Below, piece after piece: positions 45,451 through 58,524 of a DNA stretch of 64,000 nt. Each line of letters starts with the position of its first letter. The stretch's first letter is position 1. Under the pieces are notes generated by a model. That model was not told where the DNA came from, made no database searches, and saw only the letters and a list, made by a program, of their open reading frames with translations. This stretch comes from Cyanophora paradoxa CCMP329 (Eukaryota > Plantae > Glaucophyta): assembly GCA_004431415.1 (NCBI GenBank), contig QPMI01000395.1, forward strand, positions 620,001 to 684,000, in the 5' to 3' direction. The position numbers were made by a program, and so were the translations under genes.

Positions 45451-48400
45451 GCGGCGGCGGCGGCGACGCGGCGGGCGGCGGCGACGTGCCCCTCGACCTC
45501 CGCGCGGCGCCCCGCAAAGTGCTCGCAGGGGGCGCGGCCCCCGCAGCGGTCCGGGTATCGCGCCCGCGTGTAGACGGGCGACAAGGCCCGCAGGCACGCC
45601 CGCTCGCCCTCGACCACTTCTGTGAGGCGCGCCGCCGCCCCCGCCAGCGTGGCGAGGCCCTGGCCCCTCAGCCTGCGGGAAAGGTCGGATCTGAGATTCC
45701 AAGCCGAAGCGAGCTGTCGCAGGGGCGGCGTGCGCACCGGGCGGGGGCGGCGAGGAGGGCGTCGGCGATGCGGAGCAGCGCGTGCGTCGTCCGCGCCTCG
45801 GGATCGATCGCGTCCGCCCCCAGGCCCACCAGCGCCGCCTGCCCCCGCCGCCAGCAGATCAGATCCAACTTAAATCTAGGTCGGGTCCAGGCCGGGGGGC
45901 CGGGGCCGGGGCCGGGGCAGGGGTGGGGGCGGGCCTTGAGGGCCGTCTCGCAGGCCTGCACCGCGTGAAAGGCCGCCCCGTCGAGCCGATCGGAGGCCAG
46001 GAGGACCCCCGACATCTCCAGCTGCGCCTCGGCCTGCGGAGCGTTGGCCGTGTCGATGCGGACCGGGCCCGCGGCCGGTCGGGCGCACCTGTGTGAGCCA
46101 GGTGCGGCCCTCGCCGGCGTTGGGCTGGAGCGGCGGGGGCGGCGCCGGCGGCTCCAAGAAGGCGGCCGCGGCCGCCGCCTCGGCATGCGCAGCGCCGGCG
46201 GGGGCAGCGCCCGGCGCCGCCTGCCGCGGCCGCTTTGCGGCGTGCCTGCGCCCCGCGCCCTCGTCCTCGTCCTCGTCCTCGCCCTCGTCGTCCTCGCCGG
46301 CGCGCTTGGCGCCGGCGAGCTGCGTTGTGGGGACCGGCGCCTCGCGCTCCTCTACTCCTCCATCTCCTCCGCCGCCCTCGCCCCCGGCGCCCTCCACCTC
46401 GTCCATCGATATCGTCGGCTCGGGCTCGGGCGCGGCGAGCCAGCGGGGAGCGTCGGGGTGGAATCCGCCGGCGGCGGCCGCCTCGCGCTCGAGCCTCGAG
46501 GGCTCGCCGCCCCGCGCCGCCAGCCGCAGCAGCTTCGACACCACCTGCGCGCGGCGCGCCCCTGAGCGGGTCCTGATGTCCGAGCGGGTCCCGCCTAATC
46601 GATTTGTTATCGCTCGGATACCCGCTCCTGATGTCCTAGATCGTTCTCTCGATCCTGATGTCCTATCGCTCCGCGCGCTTGAGCGGGTCCTGATGTCCTA
46701 GATCTTCCTCTCGATCTGTTCGTTCTCTTGATCTCCCTCGGGTCCGGAGCACCTCGTGGGCGAGGTGGATGCGGGGCCCCGCCCTCGCCCTCGCGCGCCC
46801 CGGGCCCCCCGCCCCCTCGGTCCGCGTCTCCTCCTCCAGTACGCGGACGACCACCTGCGGCGGCGGCCATCGGCGACGAGGACTAAGCGGGGCGGGGCGG
46901 GGCGGGGCGGGGCGGGGAGGGGAGCGGCGGGGCGGCTCTGCATTTTAGTCGCGACGGCGCGTTGAACTCTAGATCTAGATCTTGACGCCGAACTCTACAT
47001 CCAAACCCCAGCTTTAAGCTTATCGCGAGGGCGGACCGCGGCGACGATCCCGGCGAGGTCGATGAACTCCTCCGCCGTCGCTGCCGCCGCCGCTGAGCCC
47101 TTCGAATTCGCCGCGCCCGCCGCCGGCCCCTCCTCCTCACCCTCCTCCTCCTCCTCCTCCTCCTGCGGCGGCCCAAGCCTGTAAGAATCGTCTCAAGAAA
47201 GTGAGAAGGGTGGACGGACCGGCGCCTCCTTCTCCTCCTCCTCCGGCGGGCGCGCGGGGGCCGCGAGGTACAGGACCCCTTCCTCGCGGTCCAGGTGCCA
47301 CGCCGCGGAGCGCCCCGCCCCGCCGCCTCCGGCGGTCACGTCGGCGCCGTCGAGGACGTAGGAGTGGCGCAGGGCCCGCACGGGTACCAGGTCGAGGTCG
47401 GCGGCGGGGAGGGCCCGGCGGAGGGCCCACACGGCCCGCTGCCCGACCCCCGCCTCCGAATGCGAGGGCGGCAGAGCCGGCGCCGCCGACGCCGCCGCCG
47501 CCGCCGCGGCGCGGTGCGCGGCGCTGCCGCCGTGGAGGAGGAGCCACTTGCGGAAGGCGTCGCCGCGGAGCGCCGCCTGCAGAAACGCGGCGGCGCGGGC
47601 GTGCGCGGGGCGCTCGCTCTCAGCCAGCCGGTCGTATACGACGCTGCGCTGGACGGCGACCGAGGCGGGCCGCGCGCCCAGCAGCTTGGCGTCGGCTGCG
47701 GAAACGCCCTCGTGCGTGGTTGGCACGCGGGCCGTGTCCAGCGCCCCCTCGAGCTCCGCGTCGTCGATGCAGACGAGCTCGCCCGCCGGCCGCAGGCGCC
47801 CGCCCCGTCCGGCAGCACCACGGCAGAGGCGGCGGCGGCGGCGCGGCCCTCGCGCCGGAGCGCCGCCGCAAGCTCGCGGGCGGCCGCGATCGCGAGGGCG
47901 AGGTCCGCCCCGCGAGGGGCGCCGTGCGGCTCAGCTGCGCCGCGGCGCAGAGGCCGGCGAGGAAGGCGGCGTCCGGCCGCTCGCGCGCCCCGACGGCCCG
48001 CGCCGCCTCCGGCAGCGCCTCGGCGACCCCGGGGCGGCGCAGCGCCGCAGGAGGAACTTCCCAGGAAGAGGACTTTGGGGAGCTCCAGGCGCCGCTCGGA
48101 GGGCAGCAGCGGCAGCCACAGCGCGGCCGGCGGCGGCGCCGACGGCGGCGCCGCTGCGTAGGCCTTCAGCGCTGGCCTGAACGCCGCCTCAGCAGCCTCC
48201 CACGCCGCAGCGTCCTCTGAGCCGGCGGCGCGCAGGCGGTCGGCGAGGGCGCGCAGGTGGGCGAGGAAGTCGTCGGGGCCGGGGCCCGCAGGAGGCCGGC
48301 CGCTTCCAGCGCCGCCTCCTCCTCCTCCGAGAGGCCGGCGGGGGAGGGCCGCGCCGCCCACGTCGCCGCGAAGAGCTCGAGACGCGCGCCGGAGACGCAG

Positions 48401-51400
48401 TCCGCGGGCCGCGCGAGGCGCGGGGCGAGGAAGAGCTCGGGCGGGGCGAGGGCGCGCAGGCCCGCGGGGGGCGCTCGCGCGGGAACGAAGGCGACGCCCC
48501 GGAGGAGATGGAGGAGGTCGGGCGGGAGCGGGTGCCGGCGGGCGGCGACGTGCGCGAGGATGCGGGTCCCGAGCCCCGTCTCCTCGGGTCGATCTGGCCC
48601 TGGCCTTGCGAGGCGCTGCGCGGCGCGGACGAGGAGATCGGGCCCTGGTTCCCGCTGGAGGCCGGCGCGGCGGAGGGCGGGGAGCCACTCGGGCGAGGCG
48701 AAGGGCGGGGCGGGGAAGAGCGCCTCGCCGCCGGCGACCGCCGCGAGGAAGGGGTCCGTGGGGTCCATCAGGTCACGCGGGCGTCGCGGCTCGAGGCCGG
48801 GAGCGGGCTCGGAAGAGGCAGGGGCCGGGGGGATGCACTCGAGCTCGCCCAGGGCCGCGAAGAGGGCGTTCTCGAGCCCGGGCTCGAATCCGGAGGGCGC
48901 GTTTGTTGCGAGGCGGCGGAGGAGGGCGGCGGCGAAGGCGGCGCGGGCGGCGGGGGCGAGGCGCGGCGCGCGGGGCACCGCGTGGTCGAGGAGGAGCCGG
49001 GGGGCCGAGGGGAGCTGCACGCCCAGCCGCGCGAAGAGCCCGGCCTCGTCGGGGCGGCACGCCTCGAGCAGCAGCGGGGGCAGCGGCAGGAGCTCCGAGG
49101 CCGCCGCCAGCGCCGCCTCCTCGGCGGGGTCCGGCTCGAATCCCGCCGGCAGCGCCACGAGGGGCCTGCTGCTGCGGTCCAGGCCTAAGGGGGCCCAGGC
49201 GCCCGAGCCGTGCGCCCGGAAGATGGGGAGGGCGGCGAGGCTGCCGAGGTCGCCGTCGGGAATGTCGTTGAGGCCGGCGGCGAGGAAGGCGCGGAGCGCG
49301 AGCCGCTCGCCGTCGCTGGGGGCGGCCGGCGCCGGCGCCAGCGCCAGGGCCGCCCGCACGGCCCGCGCGACCGAGCGGCGGGAGAAGGCGGGGACGCCGA
49401 GCGCCCGCTCCCACCGGCCCGCGTCGAATCCGTCCGTCTCCTCCAGCGTCGCGACGCCAAAGGGGCGGCCACGCCGCGCCACCGCTCCAGGTCGCCGCCG
49501 GCGTCGGCGGGCCGCAGGACGGCGGCGAGGGCCCGCGGCGCGAGGAGGAGGCGCCCGCGGTCCCGAGGGCCGCGCAGGCGGTCGGGACGAACGCGAGCGG
49601 GAGCAGCTGCAGGACGGCGGCGCCGGCGCCGCCGGGGCGCTCGAGGTCTCGCCCAGGAACTCCCACAGCTGCTTCAGGAGGGCCTCCCCGCCGAGCCGGC
49701 GGGCGGCCGCTCGGCGCAGGCGGCGGCGCCGGCGCGCCAGGCGGCGGGGAAGGGCGAGTCGGTGTCGCCGCGCGCGAGCTCCGCCGGGAGGGCCGCCGCG
49801 TCAAAGGCGCGCAGGCCGAGCGCCCCTCGGAGGAGGCCGGCGGCCTCCAGGGATGCGAGGAGGGGGACGCCCTGCAGCGCCCCCGCGTGGAGGAAGGCGG
49901 TACCCCGGCGCGAGGGCGACGCGAGCCCCGCGAAGGGCGAGGCCTCGTAGACCGCTCCTCCGGCGCCGCCACCCTCGCCCGGGCGCGCGAGGTGCGCGCC
50001 GGAGGCGAGGAGGAGGAGGGGCAGACGCGCGAGCCGCTCCCGCACTTCCTCGGCCGCCTGCTCAGGGCCCAGGCCCGCGTCCACGTCTGACACACAGAAC
50101 CTGCGGCGGCGCCCACGGTACCGGTTAGAGAGGGGTGGGGTGGAGGGGGCGAGGGCGCGCCTGAGCATCTGTTTGACGAGAGAGGCCGTTCGCAGCGCCG
50201 GCGGGGCGCTCGCGAGGGGCACGGGGCCGCCGCCGGGGCAGCAGCTGTGAAGGCACCCGCGGGCGTCGGCGGGCGACAGAGGGCGGGCGGGCGCGCCCCG
50301 CTCCCTGGCGGCGTTGGCGAGGGCGGCGGCGACGCCCCCGGCGCGTCCAGCAGCTTCAGAGCTGGGCTCGAGGCGGCGAGGGCGGCGAGGGCCTCTCCGT
50401 CGAGCTCCTCCGACGCCGACGGCGCGAAGCGGAGCGCGGGGTCCGAGGCGGCGCACCAGCGCGGCGGCCCCGCGGCCGACGTCGGCGGACCCGGGAGGAC
50501 GGGCAGGAGCTCGAGCGCCGCGCCGCCCGCGGCGAAGAGGCGGTCGAAGAACGCAGCGCGGGCGGCGCGCCACGTCGCGTCGGCGGCATCGTTGATGGGC
50601 CACAGCGCCCAGTAGGCGCCGCCCTCGAGCTCGGCCGAGTCGAGGAGGGCGCGGGCGGTGCGTGGGAGGTGCAGGTACGCGGGCGCCGCACACTCCGCCA
50701 GCAGCGCCGCGTTCCACCGCCTCCGCAGCCCCGCCTCCGGATCCGCCGCCTGCACCGCCGCCGGTCCCGCCTCCCCGCCCTTTGGCTGCCCACCCTCCAG
50801 GTACCGCCGCCTGCGCCAACAATCGCGAAATCAATGAGGACGACATGAACGCGCCTCGAGCTTTAAGATATATAATATAATGCGAGCGCACGTGGCGTCG
50901 ACGGCGAAGGAGGCGTTGACGTGGACGGGCAGGCCCGTCGCGCCCCGCAGCGGCTGCGAGGCCAGCGCCAGCCCCTCCAGCGCTAGCGGCTGCTGCTGAA
51001 CACGGCCCTCGCCATCGATCTCGATCTCGAGCCTTAGGCGGGCGGCGACGGAGGCGGCGGGGAGGGGCTTGAGCCCGCGGAGGCCGGCCGCGCGCGCCTC
51101 GGCGGCGAGGCGCGCCACCGGCTCCCCGGCCCCCGCGATGCGGCCCGCCACGAGCCACTCCTCGCGCACCCGCACCTCCCGCCCCCTCCCGAGCTCGTAT
51201 CGCCGCGTCTCCACGAGCAGCCGCGCGAGCGTGTCCTGGGCGCCGTGCGCGCCCCGCTCCAGGCTCTCCTTGAAGCCCGGCGCCCGCACGGCGTCGAACA
51301 CGGACGACGGGGTGGCCGCGCAGGGCTGCGGGGCGGACGGGTCCGCCAACGGCCGCGGCACAGGCAGAGGCATGGGCGATATCTTCCTCTCCCACATCAG

Positions 51401-54400
51401 CAACGGCTGCCCGATCGGCCGATCAGCGGCCGCCAACTGAAAGCCTGCGGCGGACGGACGCGCGCACCTCCTCACCGGGCCTGCAGTCGTACCAGGCGAT
51501 GTGGCGGAGGCTCGACTGGAAGAGCAGCGCGGCGCCGGCCGAGGCGAGGAACTGCGGCACGGCTGCGACGACCTCCTCGATGGGGCACGCGGCGCGCTTG
51601 ATCTCGCTCGCCGCCGCCTGCTCCGCCGTCCGCAGCGCGTACAGGAAGGCGATGCCCTCGAATCCGGCACCGGCGCCGTCCCGCGCGAGGGCCTCGGGAT
51701 CGAGGCCGATGCAGGGAAGGCGGAAGGGCGCGAGCTGGCCCCGCAGCATCTCGCGGCTCAGCGCACTCAGGCGCCAGCACTGCCCGCGATTCCGCTTCCC
51801 GCTCTGCGCCGGGACGGGGCTCGAGCTCGCGATGGATTGATCGCGCGCGGCGTGCGCTGCGCGCGCGCCTTCTTGGGGAGGTGGCGCCCGTGCGGGTCGA
51901 AGCAGAAGAAGGTGGGCCCCTCGCCCTCCACGTTAGCGACGAACTGGATCACGTCCGTCACGCAGTAGGGCGCCTTCCGTCCCACCCCGAGCCTGCCGAA
52001 TTCGAAGCTTAGGCAATCGACAAAGAAACCGCATGCGTTAGCCTGTATAATGGAGCGTAGGTGGCCGGCCGCGCACATGCCGGCCTGGGCGAGGTCGCCG
52101 CGCTTTCGGGAGGCGAAAAGGGTGCGGAGGCCCTCCTTGTCCGGCCGCGTCACCTTCCCGTTGTTGTGCACAAGAAGGAACTGCGGGCGTGCGGAGGGAG
52201 AAAACAAACCGGAATCAGGGTTTAAATTGGGATGCCGAGGAAGAAGCCGAGACCGGCGCCGGCGGCTTGACCGGCCGCGCGCGCGCACCGGCCCCGTGAA
52301 TCCCGCCATCGCGGGGTCCAGTAGCCCCTCCGGCCTCCGGTTGTTCCAGTCCGTGACGATCACCAGCTCCGTCGCCCCTGCGTACCGGAGCGGAACGGCG
52401 TCGGCCGAGTCTATGGGCGCGTGCATGCGCAGGCGAGGGCGAGGGCGCGGGCACCGGCGTCGACGGCGTTGGCGAACTCCTCCTGGAGGGCGAGGGGCAC
52501 GTCTACGGCGGCGACGAGGTGCTGCAGCGTGTCCGTCATGCTCGCCGCCTCCTCGAAGACCTCCGACTCCGGCTGCAGCGCCTCCGCAGCCGACCGCATC
52601 CCCAGCGCCTCCGCCGCCCACTGCGGCGCCCCGCCGTGCAGGAGGCGCAGCGCCGAGCCCGGGGGGACCGCGACCGAGCAGCCGCCGCCGTCCCCGCCGG
52701 CATCGCGGTCGAGGTAGACGAGCTCGTCGAGGGGCCGGAGCACGCCGTCCGCGTCCGCCGCCAGCAGTCCCCTCGCCGCCTCCCTGTCCGCCGCCAGCTC
52801 CGCGTCCGCGTCCGCCCGCCTCCCGAGGCCTCCAGCCTCGACCCCGCCCTCACTCCGAGCGCCTTTCTCCCTGCGCATTAACGTTGGCCAAGGGTTCACG
52901 CGATCACGTAAACGCAGACGGCCGAGAGACGCACAGGAGCTCCGCGACGTACTCGAACGCGGCGTGCGCGAACGCGAGCTCGTCCCCCGCGAGGCCGGCG
53001 CCGTTCCACTCCGCCGCCAGCGCCCGCACCGCCGCGGCGATGCGGGCGGCGCCGAGCCTCGCCGGGACGCCGGCCGCGGCCGCGAGGGCGGCGTCGAGGC
53101 CCGCGGCGCAGCAGAGGCGCGGGGCGAGCCCGCCCGGCGTCTCCGGGTCCAGCGCCGCGTCGCCCGGCGCCAGCCAGCGGGGCGCGTGCCTCGAGGCGGG
53201 CCCGGATCCCTCCCAGAAGATCCAGCGACCGCCGACGGCCGCGGACGCGGCCGCGAGATCGGCCGCCAGAGCCTCGACGGCCCGCCCGTCGAGCCGCCCG
53301 GCGTGCCGCTGCAGGTGCCGCCAGACCGCCCGCGCCGCCCTCAAGTTCTCCCCGGCGCGCTTGCCGGCGTCCTCGAGCCCGTCCCACCAGCGGACGAAGG
53401 CCGCGAGGCTCGCGGCGACGGTCGCGGAGGGCGGCAGCGCCTCCTGCCCCAGCAGCGCGCAGAGGGCCTTCGGGTCGAGGCCCGCGCCGCCGCCGCCATC
53501 GCTGCCGCTGTCCAGCACCGGCGCCACGGCTCCCACCAGGAACCGGTCCTCTCTCGGGCGGATCCGCGTCAAGAGCCCCGCCCGCGCCCCCGACTCCGAA
53601 GGCCCCGCAGCCTGTGCGCTCTCCGCCGAGACGAAAGGCGACGGCAGCGGGTCGCCGCCCCAGGGAGCCGAGGCGGGCCAGTCGGCCGCGGGCCGCGGCG
53701 CGACGGGGAGCCACGGGGCGGATCGCAGCCGGTCCGCCAGCGTGAGCGTCCGGTCCCCGTGTTGTATTCTCCGATTGAGCAGCAGGTTCTGCTTCTCCTC
53801 CGAGAGGCCGCAGAGGTACTTCAGGAGCGCCTGGGCCCGCTTCCTCGCCACCCCGACGGGCCCGCGATCGCCCCCGCCGCCGCCGCCGCCGCCGCCGCCT
53901 CCGCCGCCACCGCCGCCGCCGCCGCCGAGGGCGACGACGCTGTCGACCATGCGGAGCACGTCGCTTGCGTCCAGGTCGGCCTTCAGCCCGAGCCCCCGCA
54001 GCTGCAGAACGTGCTGATCCCTCGCAAAGACGCCGGCGGGGAACGGCCGCTCAAAACGAGCCGCGTCGCCGGCGGCCGTGCCGTGCGCCGAGCTTGAGCG
54101 TGCACGTTCAGCGGAGCCTGCGCCGGCATCGCTCCAGACCTTGAACAGCTCCACCAGCGGCTTCCTCGCCGGGTCGAACAGATCACGAGGCCGAGCAAGC
54201 GGCTCGTGATCATTCACTGCGAGATTCCGTGAGGTCGAGTGGCGCTGTTCACTTAATTTAACTATGTCAAAATTCACCTTGCTTGTCGGCGTGCAGGCAG
54301 GCAGGAACGAACGCGACCTCCGCGAGCCGTTTTCGGCACTCCGCTTCCTGCAGTGCACACCGTGAGCTCCAGCTGCAGTGGCGCCCGATCGCGACTCGGG

Positions 54401-57400
54401 CAGGGTTAACGTTGCTCGGCGCGCATGCGCGCACCTCGAACGGATGCAGCTGCATGGACGCGACGAGGCCGAGGAGCCGGAGGCCCGCCTCGCGGCGGAG
54501 GCCGGCGGGCCACGACGGCGCCAGCGGCAGCGCGTGGTCGCGCAGGTACTCCCACCGCCCCGCCCGCCGCACCCCGAGCCGCTCGAGCAGGTCGCCCAGC
54601 TGCGCGTCCGCCTCGTCTACGGACAGCGTCCACTCCGAGAAGGCCTCCGGTCCCAGCTGCAGCAGCGGGTCCCTCGGCGGAAGGACGAACTCGCGCGCCC
54701 CGCCTCCGCCGCCGCCTCCTCCTCCTCCTCCTCCGCCGCCGGCTCCGCCGCCGTCGCCGCCGTCGAGCCGCGTGAAGACCTTCTTTGGGGTGCGGCCGGC
54801 GCCCTCCGGGAAGGCGTAGCGCTCGAAGACGGGCAGGGCGCGGATGTCCGCCCGCAGCTTCGAGTTCGAGTTCGGCGTCTGCTGCTGCTGCTGCGCGCGC
54901 TGCGGCTCTAGGCTCGAGGCGACTTTGGCGGCGTACTCGCGCAGGCAGAAGGCGAGCAGCGCCAGTCGCGCCTCGCGCGGGGCCGCCTCCAGCGCCGAGC
55001 CGCTCCCGAGGGCCGCGCACAGGTCGGCGGCGGAGAGGGGCGGGACGGGCACGCCGGCGGCCGCGAAGCCCGCGAAGACGTGCCCCCAGCCCTCGTCGAA
55101 GGCGACGGGCACGCCGGCGGCGCGCGCCAGGCGCACGACCTCCGGTCCGGCGTCGCCGGGCCTCCGGACGGAGCCGTCGCAGGGGACCCAGCGCCCCGCC
55201 TCGGGCTCACCGGGCGCGGCCGGCGGGACCCAGAGGACAGCCGCCCTCGACTCCGCGAGCCGCCTGTAGAGGGGCGCGTGCAGGTCCCGCCAGGGCCCCT
55301 GCAGCCTCTCTGCGTCGGGCAGGTAGACGCAGAAGCGCTCGGCCGCCCGCGGGTTGATCGCCGTCACGGCCGCCCGCGCCCGCTCCAGGCCCCGCGCGAC
55401 GAGCGGCGGGACGAGCTGCCGTTCGCGATCGAAATCGCGACTGGCGTCGGCTGCAGATGGGCGCGCACGTTCTCGATGTAGTGCTTGTTGATGAGGGCGG
55501 GCGCCCTCGAAACGCCCTTCAGGTCGCTCGTCAGGGTCCTGCACGCGCGCGCGCGGTCACCGCGTCAGCTGCAGCCAGCTAGCGCTCGTGGAAACGGTTG
55601 TACGTATTCAATTTATCCGCATGTAAAGAGCATGAACGCATTAGTTTATCCGCATGTAAAGAGCGTGAACGCATAGTTTATCCGCATGTAATGATCATGA
55701 TAAAGAGTGCGCACTCGAGGGAGCGGCGGTCGTCCTTGAGCTTGAAGTACGCGTTCACCATGATGCCGCGCAGGCCGGTCTGCGGGTCCAGGTCAGGCCA
55801 GGTCAGCTCAGCTCTTGCTCGAGTTCCTGGGAGATGATTATTCGCGATCTGAAGCTTCAGCGCGCACCTCGGCGCGGACGGGGAGGGTGGCGAAGGGCGT
55901 GGCGTGGCAGAGGCCGTCGGGGTCGCCGTCCTCGGGCACCTCGACGGCCACCGCCGCCCACGGCATCGTCCCGTCCGCCTCCCCCTGCGCTCCGCCTCCA
56001 GTTAGCGACTACAGAAGAATCGAAGAGCTTCAATATATGCTAAAGCTGAGCGTTGATCATGATGTATGCTTATGGGAGGACAGAAGCGAGCGTTGATAAA
56101 TTGAATTATTCTAGTTAGTGGTGAATCGAAGTCAAGTGGAAACAGAATTTTTCGAAGCGAAAGTCAATTTAATCTCTATATATGCTGAATTCGAGCCCGC
56201 ACCTTCTGGGAGTCCTCCTCCGGCTCCCAGGGCGCCCCCAGCTCCGCCTCGTACAGGAAGCGCCACCTCCGCTCGGGACGACCCGGCCCCGGCCCCGGCC
56301 CCGATCCCCCGCCGGGCCACGAGGCGCGGAACGTCACCTCGTACGACTGCCGGAGCTGCAGCGCGCCCGCCCGGAGCGCCGCGTTGACCTCAGCCTTGCA
56401 CTTGTACCCGCCGGCGTCGATCTTCGCCTGCAGCTCGGCCCGGCGCTCCCGCGCCTCCGCCCGCTCCTCCTCGGAGCCGTCGACCTCGATCTGGAACCGG
56501 GCGCGCTTGAACCTGCGCTTGGTCTCCGGGTCCTCGACGACCTCGAACGTGTGGAACTTCGACAGGTTCTGCGGCTCGGTCAAGCTAGCGTGAATCTGAG
56601 TTGAATATACGGCAATCTTAAGCTTATATAATTATGATTATAGCTAAGGTTATAATCAAAGCTGGACCAGCAATCTGGAGCCGCGGGCGCACCCGGAGGA
56701 AGAGCAGGGCCTCCACGGGCGGGGCGAGGCCCAGGGGCGGCCTCGAGCTCGCCGACGCGGGTCCGGAGCCGGAGGCGCCGGCGGCCGCGCCCGCGCCCGC
56801 CTCGGGAGAGTCGCGCTCGAAGCTCTCCAAGAGCTCCTCCCCCCGCTGGAGCGTGAAGGGGGCGGCCGTGCCGGGCTTGCCGAAGAGCCTGCAGGAGAGG
56901 CAGTCCTCGACGGATTAGATGTCAAGGTGAAAGGGCAGTGGAGAGCACTAGGCGTGCCCGCCGAAGCGGGCGCGCAGCGCGCGCTGACACGGACCTGCAG
57001 GAGAGGCAGTCCTCGGCGGAGCGCAGGACCAGGCGGAAAGCAGTCCCCTCGAAGGGCCCCGCCATGCTGATGCCGACCGCCTGCGCACGTGCCGAAATCG
57101 ATATATCAGCCGAAAAGTGAGCCTCTAAGCTTCTGAGCTTCTGAAGCTAGTTACAGCGCGCCTGGAAGGGCGCGGCCTGGTCCTCGTACCGCCGGGCGAA
57201 GTCCAGCGCGACGAAGTCGACGGTCCTTCCGGTGTGGGGCGGGTTGACCGTCCTGCGATCGCGATCGCGACAGGGCCCGTTAGCTATAGCGTCTGCAGCC
57301 CAGCCCAGCCCAGTTTAGCTTTAGCTTGAGTGGTTATGTTAAATTTGGTTATGTTAAATTCTTATAAGGCGGCCATGGCCATGATAGAAACAATGGCCAT

Positions 57401-58142
57401 CCACGGACTCGGCGTGCGGGTCCTCGTAGTACAGCCATTTTCCGGTGACGAGGATGATGTGGTCCGACAGGTGGTACATGGCTGGCCATGGCGCGCGGGA
57501 CCCGCGCGCGTTAATACGGTGGCGAGCCCGAGGGATACTAATATATATCTAGATCTAAGCTTTCTGACCTCTGGCGCCGAGGGAGTGTTGGCCCGTGTCG
57601 TAGATGTTCTCGCCCTTGGAGCCCTGGCCGAACTTGCGGAAGTTCGCCCTGTCCGAATCCTGCGCATGCAGGCGCACAGGACGGGCGGTCAGCTTTGATT
57701 ATAAAGCAGCAGCAGCAGCTCGACTGCGTGCACGCGCCGACATCGGTTTGTTGTTCTCGAACAAGAAGGCGGGCTTCCTCTGAAGGGCCGCGAAGGAGGC
57801 GCCCAGCAGGCTCGCCACGCCGTACTCCCCGGGGTCGAGGCCGGCCCCCGCCTCGCTCGCCTTCCCGTCATCCGCGTTCTGCGTTCGCGTTCGCGCGCGG
57901 GAGTGAGAAGGGCGGATATATTAGGGCGGAGATGTGTATATATAGTTGGAAATGCGTATTGTTCGTTATTTTTAAGATACAGGAGTGGTGGTGGGTTGCG
58001 GTTGGGGTGGGGGTGGGGGGAGTGGGGGGTGGGGGGGGGGGGGGGCGGAGGCGGGGGGCGGAGAGGGGACGGGTAAGGGACGGTGATAGGTGGTGGTGGT
58101 GGTGGTGGTGGTGGTGGTGGTGGTGGTGGTGGTGGTGGTGGT

Positions 58143-58175
<33 letters not shown>

Positions 58176-58524
58176 TTGAAGTAAGAGACAGTAAAGCGGC
58201 TAATGTGGAGGAGGGAGGGAAATCTAGCTGTGATGGCGCATTTGGGGGGGGGGGGGGGGGGGGGAGGGGGGGGTGGAAGCCGGTGATAATTAATAAGAGA
58301 CGGTGAAGGCGAAAGGGACGGTGAAGCGGCCGCGGCTCGCGCACGCGCACCTGCAATATCTCGAACAGGATCTGCAGCCCGAGGGGGTACCTCTTTAGAT
58401 TCTTCGCCAAGTGGGGGAGCGGGTCTAAAACGATTCCTTCGACTTCTCCGAGCCTCTTCATGGCAGCCGCAACCTCAGCGGAGGCTGCCGAGGAGGCGGA
58501 CTCGGCAGATCCCTCGCAATCCAT
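45414..58524 (-). CDS. Multi-exon host sacsin-like gene: two GHKL-type sacsin repeat regions plus C-terminal HEPN; current stop lies inside the viral TIR
   Basis: Repeat 1: LAKNLKRYPLGLQILFEILQ, LDPGEYGVASLL..ENNKP, FGQGSKGE...TGQHSLG, MYHLSD...EDPH, GTAFRLVLR, QTGLRGIMVNAYFKLKDDRR. Repeat 2: LQEEFANAVDAGA, LVHNNG, GRLGVG...YCVTD...FDPH, TGLPVHVNASFAVD, WNAALL...AY. HEPN: AAFHAVQACETALKA, RTTHAL, LSPVYTRARYP. Confidence 0.88.
45451..45456 (+). repeat. Right target-site duplication GCGGCG
   Basis: Identical to 18076-18081. Confidence 0.85.
55611..55691. repeat. Intronic tandem repeat TTTATCCGCATGTAAAGAGC.TGAACGCAT (about 2.5 copies)
   Basis: Directly visible ~33-nt unit. Confidence 0.8.
58087..58142. 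repeat. (GGT)n microsatellite within a G-rich tract in the first intron region of the sacsin-like gene
   Basis: Directly visible. Confidence 0.85.

Noticed and set aside
47201-55481. Long plus-strand ORFs (e.g. 48257-50128, 52050-54017)
   Set aside because: They are antisense shadows of the GC-rich sacsin-like exons on the minus strand.
57695-58306. Poly-Trp/Gly and poly-His/Pro ORFs
   Set aside because: They translate the (GGT)n and poly-G tracts that follow the GT donor of the first sacsin exon.
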